In this document: positions 28,785 to 42,695 of the stretch, piece after piece
Layout of the letters: each line of letters starts with the position of its first letter
Position numbering within the stretch: position 1 is the stretch's first letter
DNA from: Eledone cirrhosa
Taxonomy: Eukaryota
Assembly (NCBI GenBank): GCA_964016885.1
Contig: OZ024749.1
Coordinates: 29,698,001-29,762,000 of the forward strand
Direction: 5' to 3'
DNA length: 64,000 bases
Translations under genes and position numbers: made by a program
Notes under the pieces: model-generated
Databases searched by the model: none
What the model was told of the DNA's origin: nothing
Seen by the model: only the letters and a program-made list of their open reading frames with translations

Positions 28785-29500
28785 GTGTGTATGTGAGGGA
28801 AGTGTGTGTATGTGTGGGATGTGTGTGTATGTGAGGGATGTGTGTGTATGTGTGGGATGTGTGTGTATGTGTGGGATGTGTGTGTATGTGTGGGATGTCT
28901 GTGTATGTGTGGGATGATGTGTGTGTATGTGAGGGATGTGTGTGTATGTGTGGGATGTCTGTGTATGTGAGGGATGTCTGTATATGTGAGGATGTGTGTG
29001 TATGTGTGGGATGTGTGTGTATGTATGGGATGTGTGTGTATCTGTGGGATGTGTGTGTATGTGAGGGATGTGTGTGTATGTGAGGGATGTGTGTGTATGT
29101 GTGGGATGTGTGTGTATGTGAGGGATGTGTGTGTATGTATCGGATGTGTGTGTATGTGTGGGATGTGTGTGTATGTGTGGGATGTGTGTGTATGTGTGGG
29201 ATGTGTGTGTATGTGTGGGATGTGTGTGTATGTGTGGGATGTGTGTGTATGTGAGCGATGTGTGTGTATGTGTGGGATGTGTGTGAATGTGAGGGATGTG
29301 TGTGGGATGTGTGTGTATGTGAGGGATGTGTGTGTATGTGTGGGATGTGTGTCTATGTGAGGGATGTGTGTGTATGTGTGGGATGTGTGTGTATGTATGG
29401 GATATGTGTGTATGTGTGGGATGTGTGTGTATGTATGGGATGTGTGTGTATGTCTGGGATGTATGTGTATGTGAGGGATGTGTGTGGGATGTGTGTGGCG
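28785..29500. repeat. 19-bp minisatellite (GGGATGTGTGTGTATGTGT)n
   Basis: GGG at 28816, 28835, 28854: period 19. Confidence 0.9.
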
Positions 29501-29693
29501 TGTGTGTAATGTGTGGTGTATGTGTTTGTGAAAGAGAGATGTGTGTGTGTGTGTGTGTGGTGAGGGTGGGGCTGGCCCTCTTTGGCATGCAGGATCATAA
29601 ATATGCAAGACTCCGACAAAATGTTGAGGATTTTTAAATTCATTTGAGAACCGTAGCCAAGGTTAATTTTATTTTTGTTATTATTAGCAATAA

Positions 29694-29823
29694 TAACCCT
29701 AACCCTAAACCTAACCCTTACCCTAACCCTTCGGAATATGGTAATAAAAACGTAATAATAACCCTAACCCTAACCCTAACCCTAACCCTTCGGAATATGG
29801 TAATAAAAACGTAATAATAACCC
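29694..29823. repeat. Interstitial telomeric-type (CCCTAA)n blocks inside a duplicated ~60-bp unit
   Basis: Two blocks of 5-6 TAACCC, each followed by TTCGGAATATGGTAATAAAAACGTAATAA. Confidence 0.8.
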
Positions 29824-30142
29824 AATGAAAACTTTAGATATTTTAACATTTCGAACATAAAACGATATTTATAGCTGGGATTAATCATCATGGTGATTGG
29901 CTTATAATCTATTGTACCATCATCATCATCATCATCCTCATCAACAGCAACAGAAGCAGCAGCAGCAGCAGCAATATCATCATCAACATCAACAACATCA
30001 TCATCGTCATCATGAACATCATCATCATACCCTCATCATCATCATCATCATCGTCGTTACCATCATCATCATCATTATCATCATCATCATCATCATCATC
30101 GATATCATTACCACCACCACCACCACCACCACCACCACCACC

Positions 30143-30176
<34 letters not shown>

Positions 30177-30361
30177 TCATCATCGTCGTCTGTTAATGAT
30201 GTAATTAGATAATTCAATATTATTAATTAGTTATGTCGAGTCAGCAATGTTACCAAATTTCCGATTAAAGCACTGACCTTCTTCTGTCACTATGGTAACA
30301 TTCTCGTTGATTCCATATTTAATAATAAAACATAGAGGTAGTAAATTGAGAGAGTAATAAT

Positions 30362-33300
30362 TCCCAGAGACCCAGGTCAAATCCCTCCTCTTACACCCCC
30401 AGAGACCCAGGTCAAATCCCTCCTCTTGCACCCCCAGAGACCCAGGTCAAATCCCTCCCCTTGCACCCCCAGATACCCACGGCAAATCCCTCAACTTGCA
30501 CCCCCAGAGACCCAAGTTAAATTCCTCCCCTTGCACCCCCAGAGACCCAGGTCAAATCCCTCTCCTTGCACCCCCAGAGACCCACGCCAAACCCCTCCCC
30601 TTGCACCCCCAGAGACCCACATCAAATCCCTCCCCTTGCACCCCCAGAGACCCAGATTAAATCCCTCCCCTTGCACCCCAGAGACCCAGGTCAAATTCCT
30701 CCCCTTGCACCCCCAGAGACCCAGGTCAAATACCTCCCCTTGCACTCACAGAGACCCAGGTCAAATCCCTCTCCTTGCACTCCGAGAGACCCACGTCAAA
30801 TCCCTCCCCTTGCACCCCAGAGACCCAGGTCAAATTCCTCCCCTTGCACCCCCAGAGACCCAGGTCAAATACCTCCCCTTGCACTCCCAGAGACCCAGGT
30901 CAAATCCCTCTCCTTGCACCCCAGAGACCCAGGTCAAATCCCTCCTTGCACCCCCAGAGACCCAGGTCAAATCCCTCTCCTTGCACCCCAGAGACCCAGG
31001 TCAAATCCCTCCTTGCACACCCAGAGACCCAGGTCAAATACCTCCCCTTGCACCCCCAGAGACCCAGGTCAAATCCCTCTCCTTGCACCCCCAGAGACCC
31101 AGGTCAAATCCCTCCCCTTGCACCCCCAGAGACCCAGGTCAAATCCCTCCCCTTGCACCCCCAGAGACCCAGGTCAAATCCCTCCCCTGTCATCCCCAGA
31201 GACCCAGGTCAAATCCCTCCCCTTGCACCCCCAGAGACCCAGGTCAAATCCCTCTCCTTCCACCCCCAGAGACCCACGTCAAATCCCTCCCCTTGCATCC
31301 CCAGAGACCCAGGTCAAATCCCTCCCCTTTCATTCCGAGAGACCCACGTCAAATCCCTCCCCTTGCACTGACAGAGACCCAGGTCAAATCCCTCTCCTTG
31401 CACCCCAGAGACCCACGCCAAATCCCTTCCCTTGCACCCCCAGAGACCCACGTCAAATCCCTCCCCTTGCACCCCCAGAGACCCAGGTCAAATCCCTCCC
31501 CTTGCACCCCAGAGACCCAGGTCAAATCTCTCTCCTTGCACCCCAGAGACCCAGGTCAAATCCCTCCTTGCACCCCAGAGACCCAGGTCAAATACCTCCC
31601 CTTGCACCCCCAGAGACCCAGGTCAAATCCCTCTCCTTGCACCCCCAGAGACCCAGGTCAAATCCCTCTCCTTGCACCCCCAGAGACCCAGGTCAAATCC
31701 CTCTCCTAGCACCCCCAGAGACCCAGGTCAAATCCCTCTCCTTGCACCCCCAGAGACCCAGGTCAAATCCCTCTCCTTGCACCCCCAGAGACCCAGGTCA
31801 AATCCCTCTCCTTGCACCCCCAGAGACCCAGGTCAAATTCCTCTCCTAGCACCCCCAGAGACCCAGGTCAAATTCCTCTCCTAGCACCCCCAGAGACCCA
31901 GGTCAAATCCCTCTCCTTGCACCCCCAGAGACCCAGGTCAAATCCCTCTCCTTGCACCCCAGAGACCCAGGTCAAATACCTCCCCTTGCACCCCCAGAGA
32001 CCCAGGTCAAATCCCTCTCCTTGCACCCCCAGAGACCCAGGTCAAATCCCTCTCCTTGCACCCCCAGAGACCCAGGTCAAATCCCTCTCCTTGCACCCCC
32101 AGAGACCCAGGTCAAATCCCTCTCCTTGCACCCCCAGAGACCCAGGTCAAATCCCTCTCCTTGCACCCCCAGAGACCCAGGTCAAATACCTCCTTGCACC
32201 CCAGAGACCCAGGTCAAATACCTCCCCTTGCACCCCCAGAGACCCAGGTCAAATCCCTCTCCTTGCACCCCCAGAGACCCAGGTCAAATCCCTCCTTGCA
32301 CCCCAGAGACCCAGGTCAAATACCTCCCCTTGCACCCCCAGAGACCCAGGTCAAATCCCTCTCCTTGCACCCCCAGAGACCCAGGTCAAATCCCTCTCCT
32401 TGCACCCCCAGAGACCCAGGTCAAATTCCTCTCCTAGCACCCCCAGAGACCCAGGTCAAATCCCTCTCCTTGCACCCCGAGAGACCCAGGTCAAATCCCT
32501 CTCCTTGCACCCCCAGAGACCCAGGTCAAATCCCTCCCCTTGCACCCCAGATACCCATGTCAAATCCCTCTCCTTGCACCCCCAGAGACCCAGGTCAAAT
32601 CCCTCTCCTTGCACCCCCAGAGACCCACGTCAAATCCCTCCCCTTGCATCCCCAGAGACCCAGGTCAAATCCCTCCCCTTGCACTGACAGAGCCCCAGGT
32701 CAAATCCCTCTCCTTGCACCCCCAGAGACCCACGTCAAATCTCTCCCCTTGCACCCCCAGAGACCCACGTCAAATCCCTACCCTTGCACCCCCAGAGACC
32801 CAGGTCAAATCCCTCTCCTAGCATCGCCTGAGACCCACGTCAAATCCCTCCCCTTGCACCCCAGATACCCATGTCAAATCCCTCTCCTTGCACCCCCAGA
32901 GACCCACGTCAAATCCCTCCCCTTGCACCCCAGATACCCATGACAAATCCCTCTCCTTGCACCCCCAGAGACCCAGGTCAAATCCCTCTCCTTGCACCCT
33001 CAGAGACCCACGTCAAATCCCTCCCCTTGCATCCCCAGAGACCCAGGTCAAATCCTCCCCTTTCATCCCGAGAGACCCACGTCAAATCCCTCCCCTTGCA
33101 CTGACAGAGACCCAGGTCAAATCCCTCTCCTTGCACCCCCAGAGACCCAGGTCAAATACCTCCCCTTGCACCCCCAGAGACCCAGGTCATATCCCTCTCC
33201 TTGCACCCCCAGAGACCCAGGTCAAATCCCTCCCCTTTCATCCCCAGAGACCCAGGTCAAATCCCTCTCCTTGCACCCCCAGAGACCCAGGTCAAATCCC

Positions 33301-33630
33301 TCCCCTTTCATCCCCAGACACCCAGGTCAAATCCCTCTCCTTGCACCCCCAGAGACCCAGGTCAAATCCTTCCCCTTGCACCCCCAGAGACCCAGGTCAA
33401 ATCCCTCTCCTTCCACCCCCAGAGACCCAGGTCAAATCCCTCTCCTTGCACCCCCAGAGACCCACGTCAAATCCCTCTTCTTGCACCCCCAGAGACCCAG
33501 GTCAAATTCCTCACCTTGCATCCCCAAAGACCCAGGTCCATTCCCTAGCATCCCCAGAGACCCAGATCATATCCTTCCCCTTACATCCCAAAGACCCGGG
33601 TCATATCCATTCCCTAGCATCCCCAGCTTG
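30362..33630. repeat. 35-bp GC-rich minisatellite, ~90 copies (CCCAGAGACCCAGGTCAAATCCCTCTCCTTGCACC)
   Basis: Directly visible; 31-35 bp variants; edges more degenerate than centre. Confidence 0.95.
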
Positions 33631-33726
33631 TATCCCCACAATTTCCCAAAATTTTTATTTGCCATCAAGTTATTCTTTACTTAGACACCATATTAACATC
33701 AGCTACCTTTTAAAACCTCAACAATT

Positions 33727-34213
33727 ATAACCCCTTTGATTCCCAAACCATTCGAAACACTCCCTTGACTCTATGAAATAAAGTTGTTTATTTTAAAGTG
33801 ATTATATTTATTCCTAACCTCCCAAACCCTAATTTATCAGTAATCTATATAGAAATTAAGGGCGATGGATTGGCAGTAACGGCAGTAGAGCGTCGGACAT
33901 CATGTTTTGTGACGTATAATTAAGTCATTTTACGTTCCGAGTTCAAATACCGCTGAAGTTAGCTTTACCTTTTATCCTTACTGGGTTGATAAATAAAGTA
34001 CTAGTAATATACTGGGATCGATTTTATCGATTTCTCCTTCCCTTCAAATTTCTGGCCTTGTGCCTAAAGTAGAAAAAGTTATTCTACGTAAGCATATTTG
34101 TGATATTATGCTCCTGATATGGAATAAATGATGAGAAAGTTAGTTATATAACTAAATCTCTTCAGTTTCTAGATTACTTATTTCATTAGAAATATGGTAA
34201 TGAAAGGGTTAAA
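33727..34213. mobile_element. piggyBac-like MITE remnant interrupted by a family 1 SINE (33858-34082, +)
   Basis: Right end TTTCATTAGAAATATGGTAATGAAAGGG|TTAA matches the reverse complement of the left end at 54203; left end TAACCCCTTTG is less certain. Confidence 0.5.
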
Positions 34214-34549
34214 GTTCTATGATTCTTAGAACCCCAGAGGCCACATTAATTCCATTTGCATTATCAGGTTTTCTCAATTCTTCACAATTTTAAATTGTCA
34301 TCCAGTAATTTTATTCCCGACATCATATTAGCATGAACAATCTTTTCAAACCTTAATAATTGTATAGTCACACACTTGATTAAATTTGAAGCAGCAGTTT
34401 TCGTGAAGTGTAAATTCGTTATATATGTATTTCATTTAATATATATATACACACAATATACACTACAGTTGCGTATATTGTTGTTGTTGCTGTCGTCGTC
34501 GTCGTCTTCGTCTTCGTCTTCGTCTTCTTCTTCTTCTTCTTCTTCTTCT

Positions 34550-34820
34550 TCCACCTTATTCTTGAGACGATCGTGGACGGCAGAGTCCTTAAACAATCCT
34601 TCCAGCAGGTCCTGTCAAAAGCTAATGTCTTCAACTGATCTGGCTGGTTTCCAGAGCGAGACAAGCCGAATTCATGGAAGTTGTCCAACCATCTTGCTCC
34701 ATGAACTTGCTTCTGGTCTCAATTGAAGAGTTGCTGGTTGCTTCTGACAGGACACACCGGAAGGAATGTTTCAGAACTCTACCCCAAAGACCTTCTCAAG
34801 AATAAGTGGGCAAAGGAACG
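34550..34820 (-). mobile_element. Probable RTE-type LINE 3' fragment ending in (GAA)n
   Basis: Minus-strand WMDN...LAFDRTCW resembles the RTE C-terminal W.D...A.DR..W motif; abuts a trinucleotide tail. Confidence 0.45.
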
Positions 34821-34823
34821 AAG

Positions 34824-34883
<60 letters not shown>

Positions 34884-34919
34884 TATATCAGCACGAAGAA
34901 GAAGATGTGTATGAAGATT

Positions 34920-34965
<46 letters not shown>

Positions 34966-35099
34966 CATACACATATATATATATATATATATATGTATGT
35001 ATATATATATACACATATATATATATATATGTATATATATATGTATATATATATATATATATGTATGTATATATATATATATATGTGTATATATATATA

Positions 35100-35216
<117 letters not shown>

Positions 35217-35241
35217 CACACAAATAGATATATATATATAT

Positions 35242-35352
<111 letters not shown>

Positions 35353-35374
35353 CATCTATATATATATACATACA

Positions 35375-35426
<52 letters not shown>

Positions 35427-35623
35427 TATATATATATATACATACATATATATATACAATACATATATATATACATATATATATATATATATGCATACAT
35501 ATATATAAATATATATATATAGATACATATATGTATGTAAAAGGTAAACAGAAATAACAACACAATCAGTACAGTATATGCAAGGGATATATTAGGTTAA
35601 CACTTGATTTAGCAGGAAGAGGG

Positions 35624-35659
35624 TCTTAACGTTTTGGACGCTAGTCCTCAATCAGAAGA
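35624..35659 (-). ncRNA. Degenerate minimal hammerhead remnant
   Basis: Minus strand TCTT-CTGATTGA-GGAC-TAGC-GTCC-AAAA-CG-TT-AAGA: stems intact, two core lesions. Confidence 0.4.
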
Positions 35660-36099
35660 AAGAATGAGAAATAAGATAGATTGAGGGGACGGGCGGGTTG
35701 GAATTGGAAAAAATGTCTTTAGATAGTCTTTAGATAGTCAGTCCTTGTATTAACATTGAACTAAAACCTGTTGAGAAAGTGGCTTCCTTGTTCAATCATC
35801 TTACCAGAAGCCTGACATTATTTATGTAAGCGGACGGTACTTGATTTAGGAGCCGCAGAAACCCATATACTGGATTTTACCAACCTTCCAGGGGTCCGGG
35901 TAAATTTTCAATACCCGAATTACTTGATCGTTTTTTTTTTGGCTATGCGAATGATTGTTTAACCATCGCCTCAGTGTGTTTGGCCTTTAACGTTTGTTAT
36001 AGCTCTGGTTCATCTGAATCATTGAGCACTTGCCTCACATCTCGGAGGTTGTTTTTCGTTATTTCGTGGGCCAAAATGCGAATCTCGATAATTTATGTT

Positions 36100-36145
<46 letters not shown>

Positions 36146-36219
36146 AGGGTTGCAGATAAATGCGTCCGTAGGCAGTATGGTGGTTGAGCACTCGATGCTC
36201 GCGCAGAACAGAGCATAAT

Positions 36220-36288
<69 letters not shown>

Positions 36289-36347
36289 AATATGTATATA
36301 TATGAAATACTGTGTGCTTCTTGCTCATAATAATTTCTATACTTTTC

Positions 36348-36385
<38 letters not shown>

Positions 36386-36479
36386 GAAGTATTTCCGTAG
36401 GAAAGGTACAGGAAAAGAGAGTGCTCTATGTAGGCTACAGAGCTTATTAGTTATGTAATAAACAGCATAAGATAATTAT

Positions 36480-36541
36480 TTCATTTACCAGAGTTTTCTT
36501 AAAGTCAGATATTTATATCTGTCTTCAGTCGTCAGAATGAA
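36480..36541 (-). ncRNA. Type I hammerhead ribozyme motif (family E) within fold-back 36385-36632
   Basis: Minus strand TTCATT-CTGACGA-CTGAAGACAGATAT-AA-ATATCTGACTTTAA-GAAA-ACTCTGG-TA-AATGAA; flank GAGTGCTCTATGTA shared with 18048; opposite arm has a deleted core. Confidence 0.7.
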
Positions 36542-37179
36542 TAAACAACATCTAGATGTTATTTATTCATTCTGCCTTCAAGAAACCACTGGTAAATGAA
36601 ATAATTTTCTTATGTTATTTATTACATAACTATATATATATATATATATTCCTCATATCGAGGGAGAGAAAGAGAGAGAAGTAGAGAGGGAGAAGAGAAA
36701 AGAGAAGGACATAGAAGGAAACAGAAGGAAAGTGAGAAAGTGAAATAGGAGATAGAGATGGAGAGAGAGAATTTGTGTGTTCAAGAATGAACTAAGGGTT
36801 AAAGGCTATGATAATACGATGATAGATGAAACAGTACTGGAACATGTTAAAATCATAATTACCAGTTTTCGACCTGCATTTATTTTCAGCATGCAAAGAA
36901 CGCGTTAGAATTTATGGAAGAGGGATTGTTTTCTTTGCTCTGTCAGATTTTGATAAATAACAAACATCATTATATAGATATTTATCGGATTTACATAACA
37001 TCAGTTGTTGTAGTTAGCCTTTAGAGACTCATTTTATTGTGTAGGTTACGTTATGTATTATGCTGTGCAGGCTTTCAGCTTTATTGTGTGGTAATCTCTT
37101 GAAGACAACGTACTAAGCTCTTGGATACACTGTATAACCTCTATTATATAATATGATATTATGTAATATAATATAATAT

Positions 37180-37363
37180 AATTGTTTCTACTTTTTGGCA
37201 CAAGGCCAGCAATTATCCCAGTGCATTACTGGTACTTTATTTTATCGACCCCGTAAAGATGAAAGGCAAAGTTAACCTCGGCGGGATTTGAACTCAGACC
37301 GTAAAGGGCCGTAACTCTAAGCATGGTGTCTGACTCTCTACCGATACTGCCAATCCACCGCCC
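37180..37363 (-). mobile_element. Family 1 tRNA-SINE, full length
   Basis: Same A box, B box and Nin-like core as 10462-10652. Confidence 0.85.
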
Positions 37364-37609
37364 TTCATTGTATAATATAATATAGTATAATATAATATAA
37401 TATATAATATAATTTAATATAATATAATTTGGTAAGTTTGATGTCAAATGTCACGTTTAACATTATGTAGAGAGCGTGGAGAGGAAAAAAGAAAGAGAGA
37501 TATAGAGAGGAGAGAAAGGCAGAGACATGGAGGGAGGGCGAAAGAAGGGCAGAGAGAGAGAGAGGGAGAGAGGAGACAAAAGAGAATAAATGTGTGATGT
37601 ACAGAGTGA

Positions 37610-37661
<52 letters not shown>

Positions 37662-38164
37662 GTATATATATATATGTATAGATTGAAGGAGGAGTATATA
37701 TACTGAGCGAAGGAGCAGGCAGGGTGAAAAAAAGGCAAAGAACGCTTAACTGGCGGCGCATGCACACACTCACACGCTCACACTCTCTCCCTCCCTCTCT
37801 CTTTCTCTCTCCACTCTCTCTCTCACATACACTCACACACAAGTAATTGTCCTCTACTGAGACTACAGCAAATATTTGTAACGTTTGTTGAAAGTCAGTT
37901 ATTTTCCTACACCTTTTTTTTTTTATGAACGAATTAAATATACACGAAAATATATATTTACTTTTCTCAAATTCTTTTATTTCCGTTTTCTGGAATCGAT
38001 ACTTTTTATATAAAACTATATTTACCATCGCTTCTTTATTTTCCCTTTCACCTTTCTTTCGTTTGCTTAATAATCTTTGACCTTTCCCTCCTTTTCATCT
38101 TATTTATAGTGACTAAATATTAAAGTTTGACTAAATATTAAAGTAAGAAATTGAAAACATTGAT

Positions 38165-38465
38165 TTTTTATATATAATATTATATTTGATATGACTGATT
38201 ATATTTGATATATAATAGTATATTTATTACATAATACTATACTTGATTTCACTGTATTATATGATACTACATTTGATATCACTGTATATTTGATATCACT
38301 GTACTATATAATACTATATTTGATAACTCTGTATATTATATAATACTATATTTGATAACACTGTACTATATATAATACTATATTTGATATCACTGTATAT
38401 TATATATAATACTATATTTGATATCACTGTATTATATATAATATACTATATTTGATATCACTGTT
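38165..38465. repeat. AT-rich ~30-bp degenerate tandem repeat (TATATTTGATATCACTGTA...)
   Basis: About 9 copies visible. Confidence 0.8.
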
Positions 38466-38787
38466 AAATATCTGCTAAATATCTGAAATTTACGTATATA
38501 ATCTTACACAGATACTGAGATAATTGGGATTTGATCAGAGATTAACATAACCATAGCGAGACTATATCTATATTTAATCACTTTTCATCTTTACGGGGTT
38601 GATAAAATAAAGTACCAGCAACACAATGGGGGTCGATTTAATCGACTTTCCTATCCCCTAAAATTGTGCCTAAACCAGAAACGTTTATATATAAAGATAT
38701 TGTATTATGAGTAATCTGCATGGTTCGTTCAAAGAATCTTCTGTGACTTAACGAATTGACTTCTTTACGTACTTTTGTATATGTTTA

Positions 38788-38844
<57 letters not shown>

Positions 38845-38850
<6 letters not shown>

Positions 38851-39230
38851 ATACTTGGGGAGGGTCATATTTCTGTAATAATATTGCCAGAATTAATAAC
38901 AGAACACACTCACTGTTTGGTTGGTTTTCGCTTCTGTGTCTTTTATATCGGTTAATTTAATTTAATTTATTCGGTCCTCAATGTTGCCATTGACTGACCA
39001 ACGGTCAAAAATACAGACACAATATAGACACAAACACATATATATAGTCTATCAAAGTTCTTTCGTCAGTGCTATAAAAGACACAGAAGCGAAAACCAAC
39101 CAAACAGTGAGTGTGTTCTGTTATTAATTCTGGCAATATTATTACACAAATATGACCCTCCCCAAGTATAACAATATTTGTTTCGACACACGATTTCATA
39201 TCAAAAACCTCGCAAAACTAATTCATCGCC
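38845..39230. mobile_element. Family F fold-back element
   Basis: 38846-38946 and 39073-39175 are near-perfect inverted copies; GGGAGGGTCAT block shared with 6517-6590 and 16790-16910. Confidence 0.75.
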
Positions 39231-39231
39231 G

Positions 39232-39275
<44 letters not shown>

Positions 39276-39606
39276 AAATGTGTGAGATCCTTGGTACAGT
39301 TAGGTATATTTGAAAAAAAGGAAAAGAATGACTTCACTTGTAGTTCTAAACAATTTGATTTAATTTTATATTATAATATTATGAGTTGGTAGATCTAGTA
39401 ACTTCTTTGTTAACTTCGGTGGGAAGATTTTTTTAAAGATTCCTGGTTAACTTTCCTGGAGAACTTTCTCGCATTCGTCGGTGGCAATTGTTAAATTAGG
39501 ATCAGGTTGTGTTGTGATGTGTGACTCTCTATATAAGAGAGATTTGGATGTGTCTGGGGGTGGGGTGCAGTGTTAATGATTGTTGGAGTGAAGGAGTGTT
39601 GATGAA

Positions 39607-39656
<50 letters not shown>

Positions 39657-39821
39657 TATATACACAGAAAATGGTGAATGGCGACAGCAAGATAATAGGT
39701 AATGAGTGCTGTTGGAGTTTTTTTAAAGAGTGTTTAAGAAAGGGGCTGTAAAAGTGGTTCCATTTCAATAAATGACCTTTGATGACTATAATGGCCGGAT
39801 GTTTTTCAAATTCGTTTCTTG

Positions 39822-39890
<69 letters not shown>

Positions 39891-39894
<4 letters not shown>

Positions 39895-40922
39895 TAATAA
39901 AATAATGAATAAACAAAGAAACAGTTCCTTATATTAAAAAAAATTCATCATTTTACGATCGTTTCTAGGATATATATGTGTTAGAGTTGGTATGCATATT
40001 CTATAGATCTATGTACAATATTTATACAAACTATCAGAGGGAATATACATACCTACACATATATATGCTGTCTTATCATAAAATTTTAGTCTCCTTAGAT
40101 ATTTGCATTGGCATTACTGGTTTATAACAGCAACTGCTCATATACCTTTTACTGACCTGACCTATTTTCACCCCTAAAATAACTTTCTCATTCTTCACAC
40201 TCCATTCAAAACTGAAATCTGCCTTATTCTACCCCTAAAATAAGCTTCAATTACTACTATTTTACCATTTGGCCAATTATTAACTTTCTATTGGTTAATT
40301 CTAAACCTCTTACCAAACAGACAGAATATATTAGATCTTTGTTGGTTTTATTCAATGAACAAATATAATTATTTCTGAGGTCAGCATACGACCTATTTTC
40401 ATCCCTAAAATAATCTTTCATTCATAATATTCTTTTCCATCCAAAACTGAAATCTACCTTCCTCTACCCATAATTTAAGGTTCTTCTACTACTATATTAC
40501 TATCTTGACCCTCACTATCTCTCTATTGGTCAATTCAAAACCTGTTCCCAAACAGACCTATTGTATTGAATCTTTGTTTTTTTCAATAAACAAATATCAT
40601 TATTTCTGAAGACAGCATATATATGTGTAGGTATGTATATTCCCTCTGATAGTTTGTATAAATATTGTACATAGATCTATAGAATATGCATACCAACTCT
40701 AACACATATATATCCTAGAAACGATCGTAAAATGATGAATTTTTTTTAATATAAGGAACAGTTTCTTTGTTTATTCATTATTTTATTAATTTATCTTGAC
40801 TCTGTTTTCCGTTAATTTTCACCGAAAATAGTTTTTGAATGCATCTTCTCTTTTCATGATATCCGGATTACATTGAGTTCTTCATACGGATTGGACACTA
40901 CCGTAAATTTTTGGTAGATTTA

Positions 40923-40928
<6 letters not shown>
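39891..40928. mobile_element. Family G element: 180-bp inverted arm, ~240-bp direct repeat and hammerhead terminus (Penelope pseudo-LTR-like)
   Basis: 39891-40073 is the reverse complement of 40610-40792; 40160-40388 is repeated at 40390-40619; (TA)n on both sides; homologue at 61663-62075. Confidence 0.8.
40597..40738 (+). ncRNA. Type I hammerhead ribozyme with ~105-nt extended stem II (family G)
   Basis: TCATTATTT-CTGAAGA-[long stem II]-GAAA-CGATCG-TA-AAATGATGA; 9-bp stem I, palindromic stem III, GUA site after 40729. Confidence 0.8.
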
Positions 40929-41008
<80 letters not shown>

Positions 41009-41581
41009 TATATAAAAATAAAGATTCAGCGAGAATCGTATTTCGGTGGGCAGGAAAGGCGAAACGAAACGCAAAAATCAGAAACGACACTGGCAAAGTG
41101 ATCAATAGTTAAAAACCAGAGCTAAACAATGTGTCAAGAAGCCATACAAAACTGAAAAGGTGGTGAAGAAGGCATTAACCACCCAAGCCAAAAAACCAAA
41201 TCAAGCTAAACAGGTCAAAACAAAATAAATGATAAAAAATGAATGATAACCAGACCTGGACTCCTGGAATTGCTGTTAAAATCCGATGTAGAGTTTCTGT
41301 GACACCTAAATCAAAATACAGTCTGCTTAAAAATATAAGCTTTGGGTATAATGATCGAACAAGGAATATCATGTTATCAACAGGTATTTCGCTCTGTACC
41401 AAATAAGTGAATGACACGGTGGTAAGTTAAACCACGTGTGGAAATCACAAGGGCAGATTTTGGCAAAGTAATTCAGTAAGTGTATATCATGCAAAAAATA
41501 GCATAAATAGCACAAATCGAATAAGTTCTCAACCGGGTGGTTTTAAAATAAACTTATACAATTAACCTGTCTATAGAAATT

Positions 41582-41769
<188 letters not shown>

Positions 41770-41781
41770 CATATCTATCTA

Positions 41782-41870
<89 letters not shown>

Positions 41871-42366
41871 GTGTGTGTATGTGTGTATGTATACACACAT
41901 ACATATATATATATAAATATACATATCTTTATTATGAATCACGCTGTATTAGTGCTATTCGTAATTACTATTTAATCTATCAATATGGATATTACATAGT
42001 AATATGTATCCGTAACGACCCAGTGTGATGGGAGGGGGGGGGGGAGGGGGCTGTATGGAAGTATTACCGTCATCTACATGTATGTGGTACCCACAGTGAA
42101 TGGCGGTAGGTTGGGTCGACGCAGGAAAGTATGGACAAGTATAGGATTGTTTCCTGGTAATCTACGTGTAAATGATCTGTACGTGAGTAATTGATCTACT
42201 CAGTGAAGGAAAAAGGGGGTGGGCAGAGAGAAGATTCGATTAGAACATGACTATTGTAACATCCTAATGCTTTCTTTATCACGAATTGAATACAATTTTC
42301 CAATGTCTGGATTAACATTTCACAATTTCACAGTTAGAATCAGGCAGGTAGAATGAGAGCAATATT

Positions 42367-42439
<73 letters not shown>

Positions 42440-42496
42440 GAATATTTATATATATATATATTGTTGAGGTGTATATACATTTTTCGGGCCACCTTG

Positions 42497-42552
<56 letters not shown>

Positions 42553-42560
42553 CACACATA

Positions 42561-42609
<49 letters not shown>

Positions 42610-42695
42610 GTTATTGTTATTCCTTGAATCTCAGTCATTGATGTTGGTTAACTGGAAAGTCCGTTGGATTGAATATCAAGCCACTACCTGCAGCC

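Noticed and set aside
30426-33730. Proline-rich ORFs up to 427 aa
   Set aside because: Open in all three frames because the 35-bp unit lacks stops; frame changes with unit indels
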